From Minisyncoccota bacterium (GTDB lineage Bacteria; Patescibacteriota; Minisyncoccia; Phycocordibacterales; PALSA-1337), in the NCBI GenBank assembly GCA_036170235.1, contig JAVHOW010000001.1:1-59646 (forward strand): DNA of 59,646 bases. The letters run 5' to 3'. Shown piece by piece: positions 55,791 to 59,646 of the stretch. The stretch's first letter is position 1. Every line of letters starts with the position of its first letter. The position numbers and the translations under genes were made by a program. The notes beneath the pieces are model-generated. The model worked only from the letters and a program-made list of their open reading frames with translations. It did no database searches and was not told where the DNA came from.

Positions 55791-56062
55791 AAATACAGGT
55801 TAGGTACAGTAACGATCTTTGATTTGAACTCTGCACGCTAAATCAATCAAAATTCCTCAACAAATAAATTACTAAATCCCTTTATGGGCTAGCACCATTC
55901 ATTTTCGATACTGTGGTCGGTATCAATTATTTCATTACCAGCTAGAAATTTCAAATACAAAAACTTAGAGGTCCAAAATAATATAAGTGCTCACATAGAA
56001 ACCTAGTCACCAGGTCTCTTTTTCGTTTATCTCAAAGTCTTTTTCTGTACCTATGAAAATAG

Positions 56063-56215
56063 GTGCCTTTCTCATACCCACAAAACTTAATCGACAGGAT
56101 CACTGCTTACTACAAAAGTAAGGGTGTAACTTTGACACCTGAACAAGCCGAGGAGTATCTAAACTCCCTGGCTGATCTATACGAGTCGTTCATTGAGTTT
56201 GCCAAAATTCCATGA
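56063..56215 (+). CDS. Possible 50-codon ORF translationally coupled to Rep (GTG start, ATGA overlap)
   Basis: Not in the ORF track. (M)PFSYPQNLIDRITAYYKSKGVTLTPEQAEEYLNSLADLYESFIEFAKIP-stop. The TGA overlaps the Rep ATG. Confidence 0.3.
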   Translation: MPFSYPQNLIDRITAYYKSKGVTLTPEQAEEYLNSLADLYESFIEFAKIP

Positions 56216-57270
56216 ATACTCCAGAAAACACAACTCATTTTCTGGTGCACAAAAGCGGTGAGATGGAGCCGGTGGCTCCTACTGACATCCGTATCAGTCG
56301 CTGGGACTGGGAGAAGCAGGAGTATAACTATCTGTCCGCATTGTCGGTAAAGGTCTATGACAAGGATTTGAAAATCTCCGATTCATATCAAGTACCACGG
56401 CATATTGAAAAGAAAAGTGGCAAGCGCGGCGTCATCAAAAAGTATTCATTCGGAGCCAGTCGCCGCTGTAAATTCTTCATGCGTAATACCGGACACTTGA
56501 TGAAGGTGATGGTCACGCTCACGTATCCGAATGACTATCCCATGGACGGCACAACCGTCAAAGCTCATCTCCACAAATTCCTGCTCTGGCTCACGTATCA
56601 CGGTTACAAATACATCTGGGTACTGGAATTTCAAGAAAGGGGCGCTCCGCACTTTCACATTCTCGTAGACAAGGAAATTCCTCATCAGGATGTAGCAAAA
56701 TCTTGGTATCGAATTGTCGGCTCCAATGATGAGAAGCATTTGAAAGCCGGCACTGAAGTTCGAGCTGTCAGAGCCAAAGATTCAATCGGATATTACCTCA
56801 CTACCTACATGGAAAAAGCTAGACAAAAATCAGTGCCTCCGGAATATGAAAAGGTCGGTCGATTCTGGGGATCATCAAAAGGATTACTGGCTGAAAAGAA
56901 GATGAGGATATATGGCAAGCGCGAGGATATTTACAGATTGAAAAAGTCACTAAGAATAACCCGCCGATACGATCAATCGCAAAAGAAGCAGTGGGAGAAG
57001 CGATCTAGAGCTAAGGGAAAGAAGAGAAACAAATTTAAGAAATATTACAGTAGAGCATATTCATTACACATCATTAACAGCGACAAAATGAAAGACGAAT
57101 TATCAAAACACAACATCGAGCTATTTCCTTACAGGTTAGCGGACATTGCGCCCGTCCCCGATTCGCGCGAGCGGCGGGGCGGGCGCATGACGCCTGTGAT
57201 TGCAAAGACACAGGAAATACAATTCCCAGAAACCTACGAGGAATGGTTGGATCGAAAAGGTCTATATTGA
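56212..57270 (+). CDS. Rolling-circle replication initiator, HUH superfamily (two-tyrosine type)
   Basis: Motif 1 VTLTYP, motif 2 APHFHILV (HUH), motif 3 IGYYLTTYMEK (Y-x3-Y), basic C-terminal tail. Confidence 0.75.
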   Translation: MNTPENTTHFLVHKSGEMEPVAPTDIRISRWDWEKQEYNYLSALSVKVYDKDLKISDSYQVPRHIEKKSGKRGVIKKYSFGASRRCKFFMRNTGHLMKVMVTLTYPNDYPMDGTTVKAHLHKFLLWLTYHGYKYIWVLEFQERGAPHFHILVDKEIPHQDVAKSWYRIVGSNDEKHLKAGTEVRAVRAKDSIGYYLTTYMEKARQKSVPPEYEKVGRFWGSSKGLLAEKKMRIYGKREDIYRLKKSLRITRRYDQSQKKQWEKRSRAKGKKRNKFKKYYSRAYSLHIINSDKMKDELSKHNIELFPYRLADIAPVPDSRERRGGRMTPVIAKTQEIQFPETYEEWLDRKGLY

Positions 57271-57400
57271 TGCCCCTTGGTTTATCTATACAGTCATATC
57301 AGAAGAAAGTAACAACCAGAAAATCATCAAAATCACCCAAAAGTTATCCTCAATTTATCAACTATTTGCCTAATCTAAAACAAAGCGTAAAATTATCACC

Positions 57401-58867
57401 ATGAAATATATTCTCTACTGTCGAAAATCCACTGAATCCGAAGACCGCCAAGTCCTCTCACTTGAATCACAAGAAAAGGAGCTTATGGCTATTGCCAAGA
57501 ATAACAACCTCGATGTTATTAGCGTATTCAAAGAAAGCAAATCTGCCAAAGCTGAAGGCCGTCCAGTATTCAACCAAGTGCTTAAAATGATCACCTCCGG
57601 CAAAGCTGATGCCATTATCTGCTGGAAGCTAGACAGGCTAGCTCGCAACTTCATTGATGGCGGCAAGGTCATTGACCTGCTTCAAAAGGGAGTAATCAAA
57701 GAAATTAGAACGTACGAAACTACACATTTACCAACTGACAACGTGCTTCTTCTTGCTGTTAACTTCGGTATGGCCAATCAATACATTCGTGATTTGAGTA
57801 CCAATGTTAAAAGAGGTATTCGTACCAAACTAGAAAACGGCCAGTGGCCAAATTACGCTCCATTCGGTTACAAAAACGACAAAGCCGACAAGACGATCAA
57901 GATCGACACAAAAAGATCGCCGTATGTTAAGCGCATCTTTGAATTGTATTCAACTGGAGCCTACACCTTGAAACAGGTTGAAGATATCCTCTACTATGAA
58001 GGATTGAGAACTAAGGGCGGATTCAGATTGAAAAAGTGCCAGATTCATCGTTTCCTACAAAACAAATTCTATGTCGGTCTCATGGAAAAAGATGGCAAGC
58101 TGTATCCCGGAAAACACAAGCCAATCATCTCTCAAGCCCTATTCGATCAAGTGCAGGAAATTCTCAATCATAAAAGCAGTCCCAAGCCTCAAAAGCATTT
58201 CTATTCTGCTCGAGGATTCTTAACCTGCGCATCTTGCGGTTGCATGCTTACTGCTGAAACTCAAAAAGGATTTATTTACTACCACTGCACGAATGGAAAA
58301 GGCAATTGCGATGAGCACAAAACCTATCTGAAAAATACTGATGTCGATCAATTTCTTTCAAAGATGTTTCTTAACCTGAAATTTGACGAGGAATTCATTG
58401 AAATTAGCTACGAAGCTTACAAGGCTATAAACGATGACAAGAATAACTACGCCAAGTCTTCATTAGAAAGCCTCTCAAACGAATTAAACGCCCTTACAGA
58501 GAAAGAATCACGTCTCGTTGATGGATATGTATCTCAACTCATTTCAGAGCAGATTTACAAGCAGAAAAAGTTAGAGATTGAAAACCAGCGAGCCACCCTC
58601 AACAACCAGATTACAGAAATCGAGGCAAAAGGCGGTGTCTCCGAAGTTACTCTCGAACAGATCAAGAATGTATTTCTGGAAGGCAGTAGAGCCGCGGAAA
58701 AATATTTGCTCGTTGACGAACAAGAAAAACGAAATATGCTGAAAAAGTTACTTTCGAACACTTACATCCAAAACCAAACTGTGGCTCAGTACCAATTCAA
58801 AAGTCCATATCAGGTGCTTGCTTTGGCACCTAAAAATGGTGATTTAACACAGATGCGGATGGGGTGA
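57401..58867 (+). CDS. Large serine recombinase (integrase)
   Basis: N-terminal resolvase catalytic domain (ILYCRKSTESEDRQ, SLESQ, ..WKLDRLARN), recombinase domain, Cys-rich zinc ribbon (CASCGC..YYHCTNGKGNCDEH), C-terminal coiled coil. Confidence 0.88.
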   Translation: MKYILYCRKSTESEDRQVLSLESQEKELMAIAKNNNLDVISVFKESKSAKAEGRPVFNQVLKMITSGKADAIICWKLDRLARNFIDGGKVIDLLQKGVIKEIRTYETTHLPTDNVLLLAVNFGMANQYIRDLSTNVKRGIRTKLENGQWPNYAPFGYKNDKADKTIKIDTKRSPYVKRIFELYSTGAYTLKQVEDILYYEGLRTKGGFRLKKCQIHRFLQNKFYVGLMEKDGKLYPGKHKPIISQALFDQVQEILNHKSSPKPQKHFYSARGFLTCASCGCMLTAETQKGFIYYHCTNGKGNCDEHKTYLKNTDVDQFLSKMFLNLKFDEEFIEISYEAYKAINDDKNNYAKSSLESLSNELNALTEKESRLVDGYVSQLISEQIYKQKKLEIENQRATLNNQITEIEAKGGVSEVTLEQIKNVFLEGSRAAEKYLLVDEQEKRNMLKKLLSNTYIQNQTVAQYQFKSPYQVLALAPKNGDLTQMRMG

Positions 58868-58940
58868 GATTCGAACTCACGGTCCCGTGAAGGACGACGG
58901 TTTTCAAGACCGTTGCTTTAGACCACTCAGCCACCCATCC
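58856..58940 (-). tRNA. tRNA-Ser (anticodon UGA), class II with long variable arm
   Basis: Minus strand: acceptor GGATGGG/CCCATCC, anticodon stem ACGGT/ACCGT with loop CTTGAAA, 16-nt variable arm, T stem GTGAG/CTCAC with TTCGAAT, discriminator G. Confidence 0.93.
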
Positions 58941-59017
58941 AAGGTGATTTGCTCATCATAAAGGAAAAATCATTGTTTCGCAACGCATTTACGATGATTT
59001 TGTGATATTGTTAGATT

Positions 59018-59401
59018 ATGCGAATCCTCGGTATAGACTACGGCACAAAGCGCATCGGTATAGCGGTTTCTGACGAATCGCGGAAATTTGCTTTGCCTGT
59101 AGTTGTGGTGAAAAATAGTGACGTGGCTTTAAAAGAAATTATTGAGATTGCACGTCAACACGAAACAACAGAAATTGTGATAGGGGAATCGCGAAATTAT
59201 AAACAACAGCCAAATGCGATTTTTGAAGAAGCGGACGCGTTCAAAAAAGAATTGGAGAAAGCGGGTTTCAAGGTTTATTTGGAGCTTGAGTTCATGACTA
59301 GTGTAAATGCCGAAAGATTACAAGGAAAGAATGAAATGAGTGATGCGAGCGCGGCGGCGTTGATACTGCAAAGTTATTTGGATCGCACGGCTTCTTTTTA
59401 A
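59018..59401 (+). CDS. ruvX: Putative pre-16S rRNA nuclease / Holliday junction resolvase-like YqgF (RuvX)
   Basis: ILGIDYGTKRIGIAVSD, ..IVIGES.., ..DASAAALILQSYLD. Confidence 0.88.
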   Translation: MRILGIDYGTKRIGIAVSDESRKFALPVVVVKNSDVALKEIIEIARQHETTEIVIGESRNYKQQPNAIFEEADAFKKELEKAGFKVYLELEFMTSVNAERLQGKNEMSDASAAALILQSYLDRTASF

Positions 59402-59414
59402 TTTTCCTACTCTC

Positions 59415-59423
59415 TGCTAACAT
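59415..59423 (+). promoter_or_regulatory. Extended -10 (TGCTAACAT) 6 nt upstream of the ATG at 59430
   Basis: TGnTAnnnT match at leaderless-type spacing. Confidence 0.45.
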
Positions 59424-59429
59424 ACCCCT

Positions 59430-59646
59430 ATGATAAATTATGATGACTTCAAAAAAGTAGAAATCCGTGCTGGTAAAATTATCTCTGCGGAGAAAATTCC
59501 TGACACAGACAAATTACTTAAATTGTCGGTTGATTTTGCTGAAACCGTTGAAGCAGTGCTAGAAGATGGTGCGAAAATAACCAAACCACTGCCGCCACGC
59601 CAAATTGTTTCTGGAATTTCGCTATATTTTCCTGATCCTACTGTTC
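59430..59646 (+). CDS. tRNA-binding domain protein (CsaA / MetG C-terminal-like), 3' end beyond the window
   Basis: Open to the window edge, so absent from the ORF track. MINYDDFKKVEIRAGKIISAEKIPDTDKLLKLSVDF...RQIVSGI is the OB-fold tRNA-binding domain pattern. Confidence 0.65.
   Translation, partial: MINYDDFKKVEIRAGKIISAEKIPDTDKLLKLSVDFAETVEAVLEDGAKITKPLPPRQIVSGISLYFPDPTV

Larger units (their letters stand above)
55842..58867 (+). mobile_element. Putative integrated rolling-circle replicon (small ORF + HUH Rep + large serine recombinase) inserted at the 3' end of tRNA-Ser; left boundary uncertain
   Basis: Recombinase stop overlaps the tRNA-Ser 3' end by 12 nt. Rep and recombinase are co-oriented. 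AT-rich ORF-free leader 55842-56062 with hairpin 55907-55924. Bounded on the left by rnpB. Confidence 0.5.

Noticed and set aside
55338-55841. ORFs 55338-55559 and 55575-55841 (+).
   Set aside because: They are antisense to a G+C-rich segment that carries the RNase P RNA signature motifs and long covarying helices. They are open only because of base composition.
55842-56211. A direct repeat of the tRNA-Ser 3' end marking the left att site of the Rep/recombinase element.
   Set aside because: No copy of GGATGGGGTGAGATTCGAAC or a sub-segment was found. This is not decisive, because serine integrases need only a very short shared core, so the left boundary stays undefined.

Overview
AT-rich, tightly packed, origin-proximal chromosomal segment. 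By inference it is most consistent with a small-genome Patescibacteria/CPR (Parcubacteria-like) bacterium: compact housekeeping proteins with low-complexity inserts and a PrgI/VirB4/T4SS-pilin-type cluster. Standard genetic code: TAA, TAG and TGA all end full-length conserved genes.

Core content:
- RNA and translation: pnp (5' partial), rsmA, tsaE, a SpoU/TrmH methyltransferase, rpsT.
- Replication origin block: yidC-rnpA-rpmH / dnaA / AT-rich oriC / dnaN.
- Recombination and repair: ruvA, ruvB, ruvC, ruvX, pcrA/uvrD, polA, a holA-like gene, yifB/comM.
- Cell wall: LysM-M23 peptidase, PBP1A, Amidase_3, a MurE-like ligase.
- Other: enolase, pilB-type ATPase, two convergent 7TM histidine-kinase paralogs.
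- RNA genes: tRNA-Lys(UUU), tRNA-Arg(GCG), tRNA-Ser(UGA). RNase P RNA is called here from conserved motifs, on the minus strand at about 55.4-55.8 kb.

Accessory or unusual content:
1. A 15-kb T4SS-like envelope cluster with no relaxase or coupling protein (10.4-25.4 kb).
2. A roughly 3-kb integrated element (HUH Rep plus large serine recombinase) abutting tRNA-Ser.
3. Two strongly structured ORF-free loci with their own promoter and terminator signals that match no RNA class I recognise (35812-36100 and 7172-7340).
4. A recurrent TGnTAnnnT-N6/7-ATG arrangement implying widespread leaderless mRNAs.
5. A toxin-antitoxin islet after tRNA-Arg carrying a degenerate rnpB 3'-fragment.
6. dinD split by one in-frame TAG.
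7. A G+C-rich low-complexity secreted protein with a canonical promoter and Shine-Dalgarno site.

No rRNA, CRISPR array or transposase was seen. All calls come from reading the sequence and ORF track by eye. RNA ends, repeat statistics and family assignments need computational confirmation.
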